Shown: positions 46,517-55,936 of the stretch, piece by piece
Numbering within the stretch: the first letter of the stretch is position 1
Layout: every line of letters starts with the position of its first letter
IMG/VR virus record: IMGVR_UViG_3300032116_000145
Coordinates: 5,508 to 69,507 of that record
Strand: one strand, 5' to 3'
Length of the DNA stretch: 64,000 nucleotides
DNA from: a virus
Notes under the pieces: generated by a model
Told to the model about the DNA's origin: nothing
Seen by the model: the letters and a program-made list of their open reading frames with translations, nothing else
The model's database searches: none
Position numbers and translations under genes: made by a program

Positions 46517-46798
46517 TTACCAAACAATAGCAATGTCGCTGTCTCTCACCATAATCTTTTCTTCTCCTTCTACTTCTACTAGTTCAGCAGATTGGAGGTA
46601 CATAAGATTAACATAAACGAAGTCTCCTTCTTTTACGCTGGTTACTTCTTCTCCTAGGGCGAATACTTCTAAACGCTTAAGGCTTGCCAATTCTTTCATA
46701 TTCAATTCTTCTTCCATCTCTGGGGTCAACTGAATAAGTCTTTCTTCTCTTTTGGGACGATTGAGTAATACTCTGTGCCCTTTTACTGTGATGCTCAT
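46517..46798 (-). CDS. groES: GroES/Cpn10-like co-chaperonin
   Basis: GHRVLL...V.ALGEEV..VKEGD.V.V...E..I.VRDSDI pattern, 93 aa. Confidence 0.7.
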   Translation of the reverse strand: MSITVKGHRVLLNRPKREERLIQLTPEMEEELNMKELASLKRLEVFALGEEVTSVKEGDFVYVNLMYLQSAELVEVEGEEKIMVRDSDIAIVW

Positions 46799-46806
46799 AT
46801 TTGTTT

Positions 46807-46838
46807 TTTTAATGTTTTAATGTTTTAATGTTTTAATG
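46807..46838. repeat. Tandem repeat (TTTTAATG)x4
   Basis: Four perfect 8-bp units overlapping the dCMP deaminase stop codon. Confidence 0.9.
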
Positions 46839-47282
46839 TTGTTCTACTTCTGTTGCTTTGAATACATCTAGACCTGCAGCAATCAGTAATTCTACTCCTG
46901 ATCTGTCTCTATAGTCTCTAATGTATACAAATGTAGTGATTCCACTTTGAATTATCAACTTAGCGCAATGCACACAGCATGCATGAGTACAGTACATAGT
47001 TGCGTCTTCAGTACTGATAGGACTCTTGCATGCCTTAGTGATTGCATTAGATTCTGCGTGTAGTACGGAATCTAGAGTTACGTCATTTTCTTCACAGATG
47101 TTGGGAAATCCTTTAATGGAACCATTATAACCAAAGGAGATGATGTTTCCGTCTTTTACTATTAGACTTCCTACCTGTAATCTTTTACAATAAGACTCCT
47201 CTGCGATGCGTGAAGTTAAATCTAAATAAAGTTTAGACTTCTTCTTCATGGTTACTTTATGTATGATTGGTATCTTGTGCAT
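46833..47282 (-). CDS. dCMP deaminase
   Basis: S.C.RLQVG, FGYNG, HAESNAI and CCVHCAKLIIQSGI motifs. Confidence 0.9.
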   Translation of the reverse strand: MHKIPIIHKVTMKKKSKLYLDLTSRIAEESYCKRLQVGSLIVKDGNIISFGYNGSIKGFPNICEENDVTLDSVLHAESNAITKACKSPISTEDATMYCTHACCVHCAKLIIQSGITTFVYIRDYRDRSGVELLIAAGLDVFKATEVEQH

Positions 47283-47283
47283 A

Positions 47284-47736
47284 TTATTTTTTTACTAAAA
47301 ACTCTTCTGGGAGGATAAATTTACATTCTTCTCGTGGGACTTCATAGAAATCTTCTAACCCCTTTCTTCCATCTTTGCTGATGTACTTCTCTACCTTATG
47401 CTCTTTCTTGAATATAACATCAGAGGGAGCCCATATAGCTCCACAATTTACATCACTGATAATAAAGTATATAAACCAATTATTTACAGCAAACTTTCTT
47501 TTTCTAGAAAGAAAAGAAACTGTTCTATAAAAATTCTCAGGAGTAGTTATAGACTTATCTTTTTTCATTTCGGCCTCAAACAAATAGATCTTTCCATTCT
47601 TTTGTGCGACTATATCTATATCATAGTCTTCTTTTTCTTTAGAAAAAATCTCATAGCCCTTACTAACAATATAATCAGAAAGGAGTTGTATTCCCTTCTG
47701 GTTATATGTGTCGTAAGAGTTTTGTATGAAGGCCAA
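47284..47736 (-). CDS. PD-(D/E)XK-like small nuclease
   Basis: DIDIVAQK...LFEAEMK motif. Confidence 0.5.
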   Translation of the reverse strand: MAFIQNSYDTYNQKGIQLLSDYIVSKGYEIFSKEKEDYDIDIVAQKNGKIYLFEAEMKKDKSITTPENFYRTVSFLSRKRKFAVNNWFIYFIISDVNCGAIWAPSDVIFKKEHKVEKYISKDGRKGLEDFYEVPREECKFILPEEFLVKK

Positions 47737-47740
47737 GAGT

Positions 47741-48271
47741 TTAAGCTTTTAAACTTTCTTCAAATCTATAAATTTCTTTTGTAATATCCACCTCTACTCC
47801 GCCAAAGTTTATGTCTTTATGTAATAGTAGTTTATAATCCTCAGAGAATTCATCAAATCTACCTTGCTTAAATAACTCGATATCTCTGTAATAAACCTTG
47901 TTAGGTTTAAATACATACATTATTCTTTCATCTACCTCGTAGTAATCAAAGAAAGAATCAAAGCTAGTAATCTTTTCTTCAAAGGCTTTAAAGGCTGTAC
48001 TTTCTACAGGTTCAAATAGAAAGAACAAGCAGTTAGAATGCTTAGCTCTAAATCCGTAATCGTCTAGATAAACATTGACTAAACCAAAATTATACAATAG
48101 TCTAGCAGCTTGAGCCCCTGAAGTAAATATCAGGGGACTCATAAACTTGGTTGTATTGTTAGTGTCTTCGTTCACTCCTATGTAATTAGATAATTCTGAT
48201 ACCGTCATTTTCGTAATCTTCTTTAGTGTATGCCCACAAATCATTCTCAGAGTGCCATATAAGTCTCTCAA
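47741..48271 (-). CDS. Hypothetical protein (true start probably downstream, near 48208)
   Basis: Continuous ORF; annotated start overlaps the upstream exonuclease gene by 86 nt. Confidence 0.55.
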   Translation of the reverse strand: MRDLYGTLRMICGHTLKKITKMTVSELSNYIGVNEDTNNTTKFMSPLIFTSGAQAARLLYNFGLVNVYLDDYGFRAKHSNCLFFLFEPVESTAFKAFEEKITSFDSFFDYYEVDERIMYVFKPNKVYYRDIELFKQGRFDEFSEDYKLLLHKDINFGGVEVDITKEIYRFEESLKA

Positions 48272-49154
48272 TGGCTTGGTGGAAACCTTCGTAACTCTTG
48301 CCTTGGAATACTCCTCCCATTTTACCTATAGCCATGGCTTCATTTGACAGCTCATAGATTAAGGGACTTCCTGGGAACTTTTGGCTTTCTACGATAAATC
48401 TAAAGTTACTTAACTTTAAATTCTCTCCGTAGATACTGAGATCTGTTTGCTTCAAAGCTTCTGTGTAGAATGCTCCTTGAAAATCATAGCGATACTTCAT
48501 AAGAGTGTCTGTCCAGAAATTTAAGGAAGTAGTAGTGGTCTTTAAGTCGATAGGATAGAGGATGTTGTTTACTACATCAACAACTACCAAATCTAAAAGT
48601 CCCTTACACTTCACTCCTAAGTACTCAAAACTGAGGGCTTGTTGTGTAAATACCTTGTACTGAGAGTTACCTTTTACAAACTTAGAAGTAAAAGAGTGGG
48701 ATTTAAGTCCTTCTGCGATATTAATAATAAGAGCTTCTTGGGCAAAAGAGATTACTTTCTTGCCTTCTGCTGCAATCAAATCTTCGTAATAGGTCTTACC
48801 CTCTGCTGCGAATCTTTCTCTTACCTTAGGAAGAGTATCTCGCTTAAACTTTGCTGCTTCATACGCAATAGTCTCAGCCATACTATCATTTCGATTAGTA
48901 TAAAGATGCCACACAAAATCTCCCATCTGTCCTGTAGGTCTTTCTACACTACTAATGTGGAACTCTGATCTGAATACTTCTTCTCCTTGAGTTAAAATTA
49001 AGTCAACTCCATCACCTATTAGAGTTACTTCTGCGGGCTCATCTGTATCGGAGCTAGGGTCGTAATTATAATAAAGATTAGGGTGTTGTAGTAGCTTTTT
49101 AAGTCTGCTTTGACTCTGTGCTGTACTGTCTAAGTATCCTTGATCTAAAATCAT
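48186..49154 (-). CDS. PD-(D/E)XK exonuclease (RecE/DUF3799-like)
   Basis: SQSRLK, KCKGLLD...PIDLKTT, YRYDFQGAFY motifs. Confidence 0.8.
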   Translation of the reverse strand: MILDQGYLDSTAQSQSRLKKLLQHPNLYYNYDPSSDTDEPAEVTLIGDGVDLILTQGEEVFRSEFHISSVERPTGQMGDFVWHLYTNRNDSMAETIAYEAAKFKRDTLPKVRERFAAEGKTYYEDLIAAEGKKVISFAQEALIINIAEGLKSHSFTSKFVKGNSQYKVFTQQALSFEYLGVKCKGLLDLVVVDVVNNILYPIDLKTTTTSLNFWTDTLMKYRYDFQGAFYTEALKQTDLSIYGENLKLSNFRFIVESQKFPGSPLIYELSNEAMAIGKMGGVFQGKSYEGFHQAIERLIWHSENDLWAYTKEDYENDGIRII

Positions 49155-49333
49155 TTGTCTATTTTATCTATTGTTAAAGTTAAATTAAAAAACAAAAACC
49201 CTAAGTGAACGCTAAACTTCTGTCTAGAGTGTGTTCTACTAAGGGTTAGTGTAGGGATTATGTAGAAAAACCAATAAGGATAATCTCGTTGTCCTTGTTT
49301 TCTCTTAAAGAAATTACTGAATTTTACCTTCAT
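49151..49333 (-). CDS. Small hypothetical protein
   Basis: 60 aa; overlaps both neighbours; aromatic/hydrophobic. Confidence 0.45.
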   Translation of the reverse strand: MKVKFSNFFKRKQGQRDYPYWFFYIIPTLTLSRTHSRQKFSVHLGFLFFNLTLTIDKIDK

Positions 49334-49685
49334 CTGTTAAATCGTTAAATTCAGGTTTCTCTCTGAGTATGTAGGCTAGGAACATAGCATTACATTGTAT
49401 GTGTCCTATGTGAGAGATTTTCGATTCTATGTCTTGGGACTCCCCATTTAATAGACTGAACGTATGCCTAAGCATACTTTCTAAAACTTCACTAGCAGGC
49501 ATACCTTGGCGCCAATTATTTGGAGAATACTTAATACAGCCATACTCCAGTACTTCTACCATAGGCTCTAAAGATTTAAAGTCTACGAGAGACCATTTTC
49601 GCTTACCTGAGTTATACCTTAAGGCTTGTTCTTTCTTAGGAGATCCTTCGTTATAGTCTTCCATAGCAGGGAAATCGTCTGTCAT
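49314..49685 (-). CDS. DUF5664 / dATP-dGTP diphosphohydrolase-domain protein
   Basis: RYNSGKRKWSL, YG..KY..NNWRQG, SMLRH, D.ES..SH..H..CNAMFL. Confidence 0.8.
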   Translation of the reverse strand: MTDDFPAMEDYNEGSPKKEQALRYNSGKRKWSLVDFKSLEPMVEVLEYGCIKYSPNNWRQGMPASEVLESMLRHTFSLLNGESQDIESKISHIGHIQCNAMFLAYILREKPEFNDLTDEGKIQ

Positions 49686-49687
49686 AA

Positions 49688-49954
49688 TTAACGCATTAAG
49701 GCTCCTGTAGTAGTTTGAGAAACAGGATTAGTAGGTTCTACGGTTAAGATAACTCTTCCAAACTTCATTGGAACAATCTCAGTAACCTTACAGATTACCC
49801 CGTTGCAATTAACAAGAGTACCTAGTTGAATACTTTCTGCTGACTCACTGTCATTGTAAGTGACGATGTTATCACCGTAGTGATAATCTACATGTGGTAA
49901 GCCTACTGCTTCCACTCTGTTTGTTTCTGTTCTTGGTTCTATAATGTATAACAT
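49688..49954 (-). CDS. Hypothetical protein
   Basis: 88-aa ORF in operon. Confidence 0.55.
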   Translation of the reverse strand: MLYIIEPRTETNRVEAVGLPHVDYHYGDNIVTYNDSESAESIQLGTLVNCNGVICKVTEIVPMKFGRVILTVEPTNPVSQTTTGALMR

Positions 49955-49963
49955 AATTTTATT

Positions 49964-50401
49964 TTAAGTTAGTTCTGGTACTTCCACTCCCAGTATTTCT
50001 CTTGCAAAGGTAATAACATCTTGGATAAACTTATGAACTTCTTCCTTCTTTCCCTTAGAAAGTGAGAGAGGAGTTTTGATGAATTGTCCCTGAAACATAG
50101 TCTCTTCGTAGAAGTACTTATCCTTAAGGAAAGTTACTACGTCTTCTTTGGTGTATACTTCCCCTGTAAGCGACTCAAATCCTCCTCGGATAATAGGTAC
50201 TAGGGTACTATAAAAATAAGCCAACTGAGGGTTTGTTTTCTTTGAGTCAATTCGTGTGATACAAATCTCTACATCTACTTTGGGGTCCTGTTTCATAAGT
50301 TCTCTAAAATAAGTCTGCATTAATTCTCTGTCTCCCTTAAGATGGACTGTGCCATCTATGTTGAGAGACAGAGATGCAGGTATGTAAACTCTATTTATCA
50401 T
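49964..50401 (-). CDS. NinB-like protein
   Basis: KT.PQL.YFY..LV..I ... S.S...K.E...FI..V..FA.E.LG..VP pattern. Confidence 0.5.
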   Translation of the reverse strand: MINRVYIPASLSLNIDGTVHLKGDRELMQTYFRELMKQDPKVDVEICITRIDSKKTNPQLAYFYSTLVPIIRGGFESLTGEVYTKEDVVTFLKDKYFYEETMFQGQFIKTPLSLSKGKKEEVHKFIQDVITFAREILGVEVPELT

Positions 50402-50661
50402 AACTTAGTGTTCGTTCTCTTTTCTATTTCTTCTAAAAGCAAAAATGCCAACTCTTCATCTTCATCTATCTGGCTACTTGCATTTCTTCTCTGCAAATAT
50501 CCATCTAAAATCTTAACAAAGTAGGCATTTTTTGCTTTAGCTTCATTAATTGCTTTACGTAAATCGTCATTAACAAACTCACGAATGAATTGATACTGTG
50601 TGTTAACTGCTCTAGCAAGAAGATAAGTTCTTCTTACTTCTTTTAATTGTTCGTCTGTCAT
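50398..50661 (-). CDS. Hypothetical protein
   Basis: 87 aa, helical, coupled by ATGA overlaps. Confidence 0.55.
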   Translation of the reverse strand: MTDEQLKEVRRTYLLARAVNTQYQFIREFVNDDLRKAINEAKAKNAYFVKILDGYLQRRNASSQIDEDEELAFLLLEEIEKRTNTKL

Positions 50662-51404
50662 GCATTAAGCAGGTCTATAAATTTATAATATTTTCTATTG
50701 AGTCTGATACAATCATCACTGTCAAGGTATATTAGATCAAAGAATTTTTTAAAGTCTGCTTTTCTCTCTACCCAAACATCATAGTGATTTGTTCCTAATC
50801 TACTTCTTAACTTACTGTATATCCCGTTGCTACTCAGAAACTCTACAATTTGTTCTCCTAATTCTAGACTTCCCGTAGTTATCTTGCAACAGTGCTTTTT
50901 GTTGTGTACAGATCCATCTCCGTCAAATATTCCCCTCAATAGATGAGTGGTGATTGGGATGGTTAACTTTAGACTTAGAGATTTTTTAGGAGTTATACCG
51001 TAAGATACTAGTATGTCTACTATCTTTTTGTTGCTGAAGTACATTACATGTAAATTCTCTTGCTGAAGGTGGTAGTTGGCACTGCAGTAAGAGATGAATT
51101 TATCTTTTATCTCTGAGTCTATAGTGGCTAGTGACAACCTATTACTTCTGTTTATGCAAGATATATTACCGTCAGCTATTATGTATCCTACCCAATATTC
51201 TGAATTTTTGTTTCCTACAGTAAATAGTTCGGGATTAATTGTAGACTTTCTACCTGATCCACGTGCTACTCCATATTTCTTAGCTACGATAGACGGGTAG
51301 TCCTTGTATACATTTAATCTCTCACATATATCTTTAATCTCTAGGTTTTCTTTGTATAGAGCTAGGACTTTTAGTTCCAAATCACTATTGTATCGTTTTT
51401 TCAT
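50658..51404 (-). CDS. Free-standing LAGLIDADG homing endonuclease with N-terminal HTH
   Basis: Two motifs YWVGYIIADGNI and LLRGIFDGDGSV; YGITPKKS; L.RKY end. Confidence 0.85.
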   Translation of the reverse strand: MKKRYNSDLELKVLALYKENLEIKDICERLNVYKDYPSIVAKKYGVARGSGRKSTINPELFTVGNKNSEYWVGYIIADGNISCINRSNRLSLATIDSEIKDKFISYCSANYHLQQENLHVMYFSNKKIVDILVSYGITPKKSLSLKLTIPITTHLLRGIFDGDGSVHNKKHCCKITTGSLELGEQIVEFLSSNGIYSKLRSRLGTNHYDVWVERKADFKKFFDLIYLDSDDCIRLNRKYYKFIDLLNA

Positions 51405-51406
51405 GC

Positions 51407-51416
51407 TACAAATATA
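51407..51416 (-). promoter_or_regulatory. -7 promoter element of the endonuclease gene
   Basis: TATATTTG-TAGC-ATG on the - strand. Confidence 0.6.
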
Positions 51417-51473
51417 GTGTTTTTTCTAGTTTATCCTACCATATTTATAACAAATCCTGTAACTTTATCATTT

Positions 51474-53447
51474 TTACTTCTTCCAATACCTTGCATGGGC
51501 AGGTTCTGCGCCTAATCTAACTCTTTTACAAAACTTAGCAGCAGATTTTTCCATAGCTTGCTGAATAGCATTTGAGCATTGTTCTACAATTGACTCAGGA
51601 CACTCTATTAGGTACTCGTCATGGATTATATTTACTATCTTAACTGTGTTAAACAGATTCTTGGGAATTAAATAGTCTTTCCAGAAGTAAATACCTGCAA
51701 GTTTGCTTATCTCAGCGCTCTCTCCCTGTACTCGATAATTCAACGACATTCTCTCAATGTCTCCTTTCTTGCGGAAATACCTGGATACTTTGTCTTTCAT
51801 TGTTCTTGCCGTAGGAGTATCACTGTTCTTAATCTGTTTGTACTTTTCCCAGAACTCTTTACTCTTTAGTTCTTGTTCTATCCCTTTAAACTCTTCAAAG
51901 TAGTCTACATAACACTTCTTACCAGTAACAGGCGACAATAACACATACCCTTTCTCAACCCCAAACTTCTTTGCTTCGGTGTAATACCTGTCTAAGTCTG
52001 GAAATGCCAAGAAATATTTCTTGTATATGTCTTCTCCTTCTTCTGGAGATAGGTTAAGTTGATCTGATATAGCTTTTGCTGAACCTCCATAGGCTAAAGC
52101 AAAACCAATAACTTTACTTTGCTGTCTTTTGTCTTTGTGCTTTGACTTAATCTCATCTAAAGATAATCCGTTTAATTCTTTAAACATCTTACTTGCGATA
52201 AAGCTGTGCATGTCAGAAAGACCCTTATCATAAAACTCTAACAAAGATGGGTCTAAACATTGGTTAGCTAAAACCACAGATTCTTGTGCTGTGTAATCGC
52301 AACTTATCAAGAGATTACCATCTTCAGCTACAAAGCAACTACGAGTCTCTTGGTCTGACGGAATGTTTTGAAAGTTAAAGTTCTTTACGTTACCAGATTT
52401 ACCCCCACTAGATAAGCGTCCTGTGTTCATCAACTGCTTAAACTGTGTGTGGATTCTTCCGCTTACTGGATTGATTTGTTCTATCCAGTTGTAACCATAA
52501 GTTCCTATGTCTTTCTGTGCTTCTTTAAAAGAGAGGTAAGTATTAATAATTGGGTACTTAGAAGCAAACTTACCTAAGTGACTTGCTTCTATCGTTTGTT
52601 TCTTGACTCCTTTTTCTACTACAGTTGTATTTACTCCTATAGCTTCAAAGAATTCTACAACCTGTGAGGGTGAGTTCCAGTTTACATTAATTTTATTACC
52701 TGAAGAGAACATGTCTAGTTGATGGTCTATAAACTTAGTCATGTTGTTCTCTAAGATAAACTTATTAAGTGATTCTACTGCCTCATCAGCTTGTATTTGT
52801 ACTTTTTCAATCTTCTTCGTCCATTGTTCTACGTCTAGTTTCATACCGCAGTATTCGATATACGCTAGAACTAGAACAAAGCGATTGTCCAGTTCCATAG
52901 ACACATCAGTGCCTTCTGTTAACTGTCCAAAGTTTTGCTTACTTTTAATTTCGTGTAGGTATTTTACGTCATAGGCAGAATACTTAACAAACCCTTCGGT
53001 TAGTCTACCTGTAATATTTGCTCGTTCTTCCTTACTAAGTGTTACTCCGCAATGACGTTGTACACAAGCAGCTAAAGAACATCTATGACTTTCTATACCC
53101 AAACGAGCTGTTTTCTCGCCTAAGAACGTATCATATACCCTAGTGGGTACAATTCTCTGATGATACAAGAATCTTAAGTCAAACTTAAAGTTATGACCTA
53201 TTAGTTCTTTAGTTTCTAATAAATTCTTATACTCTTGGATGTCTATCGTAGACAAGTCAATAACATACTGAACTTCTTGGTCTCCTAACTGCAAGGTATA
53301 AAACTTGCAAGTATATGGATCAAATCCAGAAGTCTCAGTATCGACACCAATAGAATCAAACTTATTTAAGTAATCTAAAGAATCTTGTACAGAGCAGAGA
53401 GTTACATCAGGTAGGGAGATATCTTGTTTTGTTACTAGATAAATCAC
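51474..53447 (-). CDS. polA: DNA polymerase family A with 3'-5' exonuclease domain
   Basis: Exo motifs DTETSG, HNFKFD, YSAYDV; pol motifs TGRLSS, NFQNIP, DYTAQE, RQQSKVIGFALAYG, VQGESA, IHDE. Confidence 0.95.
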   Translation of the reverse strand: MIYLVTKQDISLPDVTLCSVQDSLDYLNKFDSIGVDTETSGFDPYTCKFYTLQLGDQEVQYVIDLSTIDIQEYKNLLETKELIGHNFKFDLRFLYHQRIVPTRVYDTFLGEKTARLGIESHRCSLAACVQRHCGVTLSKEERANITGRLTEGFVKYSAYDVKYLHEIKSKQNFGQLTEGTDVSMELDNRFVLVLAYIEYCGMKLDVEQWTKKIEKVQIQADEAVESLNKFILENNMTKFIDHQLDMFSSGNKINVNWNSPSQVVEFFEAIGVNTTVVEKGVKKQTIEASHLGKFASKYPIINTYLSFKEAQKDIGTYGYNWIEQINPVSGRIHTQFKQLMNTGRLSSGGKSGNVKNFNFQNIPSDQETRSCFVAEDGNLLISCDYTAQESVVLANQCLDPSLLEFYDKGLSDMHSFIASKMFKELNGLSLDEIKSKHKDKRQQSKVIGFALAYGGSAKAISDQLNLSPEEGEDIYKKYFLAFPDLDRYYTEAKKFGVEKGYVLLSPVTGKKCYVDYFEEFKGIEQELKSKEFWEKYKQIKNSDTPTARTMKDKVSRYFRKKGDIERMSLNYRVQGESAEISKLAGIYFWKDYLIPKNLFNTVKIVNIIHDEYLIECPESIVEQCSNAIQQAMEKSAAKFCKRVRLGAEPAHARYWKK

Positions 53448-53453
53448 TTTAAA

Positions 53454-54098
53454 TCATTTTAATAATGGTCCTACTATTTTGTTATAATCGTGTAATGCTT
53501 CACGGAGCTTCTGATACTTCTCAGTTTGAGTGTAGTTGCCTTGTTCAATATCTGTTAGGCAAGTTCTGTACACATCGTAAATGAGTTTTCTATCGTGGTT
53601 GCTTAGCTTAAGAATCTTATTTGAAAGTTGCAGCATATCTTCCGTAGTGTCTTCTCCCCATATCTTGTTTAAAGATTTACCTAAGTTCCACACGTGGTGA
53701 GGAGTATATAGGTTGCATTTTGGGCAGGCTGGTAAAAGATTAGTTAAGTGGTATCGTGTAGATACTTTGGTTCTTCCTACGAAGTGTGCACACTGAAGTC
53801 CTTTAGGATCAAGTGTAATCTCACAAGCATGGCACTTATTAATGTGTGCCCCTCTTACTAGCCAGGAGGTTATTTGGTCTAACCTACTTTGAGTAATAGT
53901 TTCTTGTTTGATCTTCCTCTTGATCTCTTTGCGGACTTTTTGCTTAGCTTTTTTTTCTTTGACTACACAGGTAGCACACAACCTCTTTGTTTTGTTTGCT
54001 ATTGCTTTAATCTTACCACACTCAGAGCAAGGTTTCTGCAACTCTTTCTCTTCTGGTAGTCCCTTTACGGGTATCTTTTTAGGTGTTCTCTTTAACAT
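53454..54098 (-). CDS. NinG/Rap-like HNH-type endonuclease with N-terminal Zn finger
   Basis: CSEC..CATC, then CHAC...QCAHF.GR....TRY...NL...CPKCN. Confidence 0.7.
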   Translation of the reverse strand: MLKRTPKKIPVKGLPEEKELQKPCSECGKIKAIANKTKRLCATCVVKEKKAKQKVRKEIKRKIKQETITQSRLDQITSWLVRGAHINKCHACEITLDPKGLQCAHFVGRTKVSTRYHLTNLLPACPKCNLYTPHHVWNLGKSLNKIWGEDTTEDMLQLSNKILKLSNHDRKLIYDVYRTCLTDIEQGNYTQTEKYQKLREALHDYNKIVGPLLK

Positions 54099-54102
54099 AC
54101 TT

Positions 54103-54112
54103 CACAAATATA
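54103..54112 (-). promoter_or_regulatory. -7 promoter element
   Basis: TATATTTG-TGAAGT-ATG on the - strand. Confidence 0.6.
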
Positions 54113-54125
54113 GATAAGAACTACT

Positions 54126-54152
54126 AAAAAGAAAAGGGGGCCAATGACCCCC
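54126..54152 (-). terminator. Intrinsic terminator
   Basis: On the - strand: GGGGGTC-ATT-GGCCCCC followed by TTTTCTTTTT. Confidence 0.75.
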
Positions 54153-54176
54153 AAATCCTTTGGCATGCAACAGGTA

Positions 54177-55025
54177 TTACAAAGATAACAATTCTTGGTA
54201 AATAGGAGTGTAGGTTTCAGAAATTAATTCTAAACCTTTGTTGTTGATGTTATAAGCAGTGCCATGAATCAGAGACTCACGCTTAGACTCTATACTCTTG
54301 TGTGACATCATATAGTTAGTAAAGCGAGTAGTTGCGTTAAACAAAGCGTAAGCAGTGTTACCGTGTGTCTCATACTCCATATTAATGGCTCTTTTAAAGT
54401 CACCTACTCTGTTCTTACCTCTTGAGTTAGCTACATCTCCTCCGATAATATTTAAGATAAAATCATCTGTAACAGTTTCAGGTACGTTAATCTTACTCAA
54501 TTCAATCAACTTTTCAATAAACTGCTCTTCTTGGGTGAGAGAGTTTTGAAGTTGAGAGACGATAAGACTTAAGCGACCATGTGAATTCTTAGTATGTCTT
54601 ACACGCTGAGAGTCCCTTAGTGCCATATAAAAGGTATTAGCACATACAACAGTTACATTAGTGGCACCAAAGCCTATAGGAGAGCTTCCATCATGGGAAG
54701 TCAAAGCAGTTAAGTATCTTTTATTAGAAGATCCTCCGATTTGTACATCTTGTAGGGGAAACTGATAGTAGACTTTTTGTCCATCTCCAAGCATTCCACC
54801 TCTTTCACCTGATATATTTACTCTAGCAGCTGCTTCAAGTAACATATCTAGGATTTCTTCATTCTGTGTAGGAACATATTTAGCTCCTACAATACCTAAA
54901 CATCTGTTAGAGTCTGTTCTAAATACTCCAAATGCTGGTGTTGTTTCTCCCTCAGGACCAAATAAGGCTTTCTTTTCTACCCTCCAATTAGTTCCTGATG
55001 AGTTTAATAAATCTAGTTTATTCAT
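54177..55025 (-). CDS. DUF932 family protein
   Basis: NW.VEK, RTD....LG.VG..Y...QN.E, SHDGS, VVCANT, RHT, TAYALFNA.T. Confidence 0.85.
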   Translation of the reverse strand: MNKLDLLNSSGTNWRVEKKALFGPEGETTPAFGVFRTDSNRCLGIVGAKYVPTQNEEILDMLLEAAARVNISGERGGMLGDGQKVYYQFPLQDVQIGGSSNKRYLTALTSHDGSSPIGFGATNVTVVCANTFYMALRDSQRVRHTKNSHGRLSLIVSQLQNSLTQEEQFIEKLIELSKINVPETVTDDFILNIIGGDVANSRGKNRVGDFKRAINMEYETHGNTAYALFNATTRFTNYMMSHKSIESKRESLIHGTAYNINNKGLELISETYTPIYQELLSL

Positions 55026-55219
55026 ATTGTTGGTTTTTTAAATGTTTCGATAAATTTTGTTAGTTCTTCTAGTTCTTTGATTCTTCCTTGTACTTCACAG
55101 TAAGCGTACTCACTGTCTTGTTCGAGTTTTTTGATTTCTATGGTTCTTTCTTTAAGGTGTTCTACTAGTTTACCTTTGAATTCGATATGACCTAAGGTCT
55201 CATAATCTTGCCAATTCAT
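55022..55219 (-). CDS. Hypothetical protein
   Basis: 65-aa helical ORF. Confidence 0.5.
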   Translation of the reverse strand: MNWQDYETLGHIEFKGKLVEHLKERTIEIKKLEQDSEYAYCEVQGRIKELEELTKFIETFKKPTI

Positions 55220-55234
55220 GTTTTTTATTTTAAT

Positions 55235-55936
55235 CTATTTTAAGTTATCTAACCACTCAATAGAGTCTCCATTGTTTGCAGTTAGTATTTGGTTAATTCT
55301 TGTAAAGTGATCGCAATCCCACTCTCCTCCTTTGTATAATGCGGAAGCAGGATGAGGTGCTGTTAATACGTGGTGAAAGTTGTCATCAACTAAGTGAGCA
55401 AACTTTAAAGCATCTTTACCCCAGAAACAAAAGATTAATCCCGTAGTACTACTGCTTAAAGTTTTAAGTACATCTTCGGTAAACTGTTTCCAAGGCTCCA
55501 AGTGAGAACCTGACTTACCTTCTTCGATAGTTAAAGCTGCATTTAGCATAAGAATTCCTTGCTTAGCCCATGATTCTATATTCATATCTATGGGGAAGGA
55601 TAACTCGTCTGGATAAATGTCTTGCTTAATTTTACTGTACATAATCCTAAGGGAAGGAGGTACGTAGTCTCTGTTTCTAGGTGCAAAAGAAAGTCCACAT
55701 GCTACTGGTTCACCCTTATACTTGTTTGGGTAAGGGTCCATCCCCAGCAGGACAACACGGACTTTCTGAAAGGGAGTTAAATTAAAAGCCCTGAAGACTT
55801 CATCTTTGTGAGGAAAGATTTCTTTAGTTGTTCTTTCTTTAGCGACGAAGCCTCCAAGGCTCTTAAAATACGGACTTTCTATTGTTTCTTTTAAATGCTG
55901 ATACCAATCATCTGGTATATCAATTAGCTTTTTCAT
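55235..55936 (-). CDS. ung: Uracil-DNA glycosylase, family 1
   Basis: VFRAF..TP...VRVVLLGMDPY, GLSF, PPSLR, WAKQGILMLN..LT, WG, HPAS. Confidence 0.9.
   Translation of the reverse strand: MKKLIDIPDDWYQHLKETIESPYFKSLGGFVAKERTTKEIFPHKDEVFRAFNLTPFQKVRVVLLGMDPYPNKYKGEPVACGLSFAPRNRDYVPPSLRIMYSKIKQDIYPDELSFPIDMNIESWAKQGILMLNAALTIEEGKSGSHLEPWKQFTEDVLKTLSSSTTGLIFCFWGKDALKFAHLVDDNFHHVLTAPHPASALYKGGEWDCDHFTRINQILTANNGDSIEWLDNLK

Noticed and set aside
48186-49154. Cas4 or CRISPR adaptation function
   Set aside because: Lacks the four-Cys Fe-S cluster pattern; fits a RecE-like phage exonuclease in a replication module.
51474-53447. Intron or intein in polA associated with the LAGLIDADG ORF
   Set aside because: All PolA motifs are contiguous in one 657-aa ORF, and the endonuclease lies outside it with its own start.
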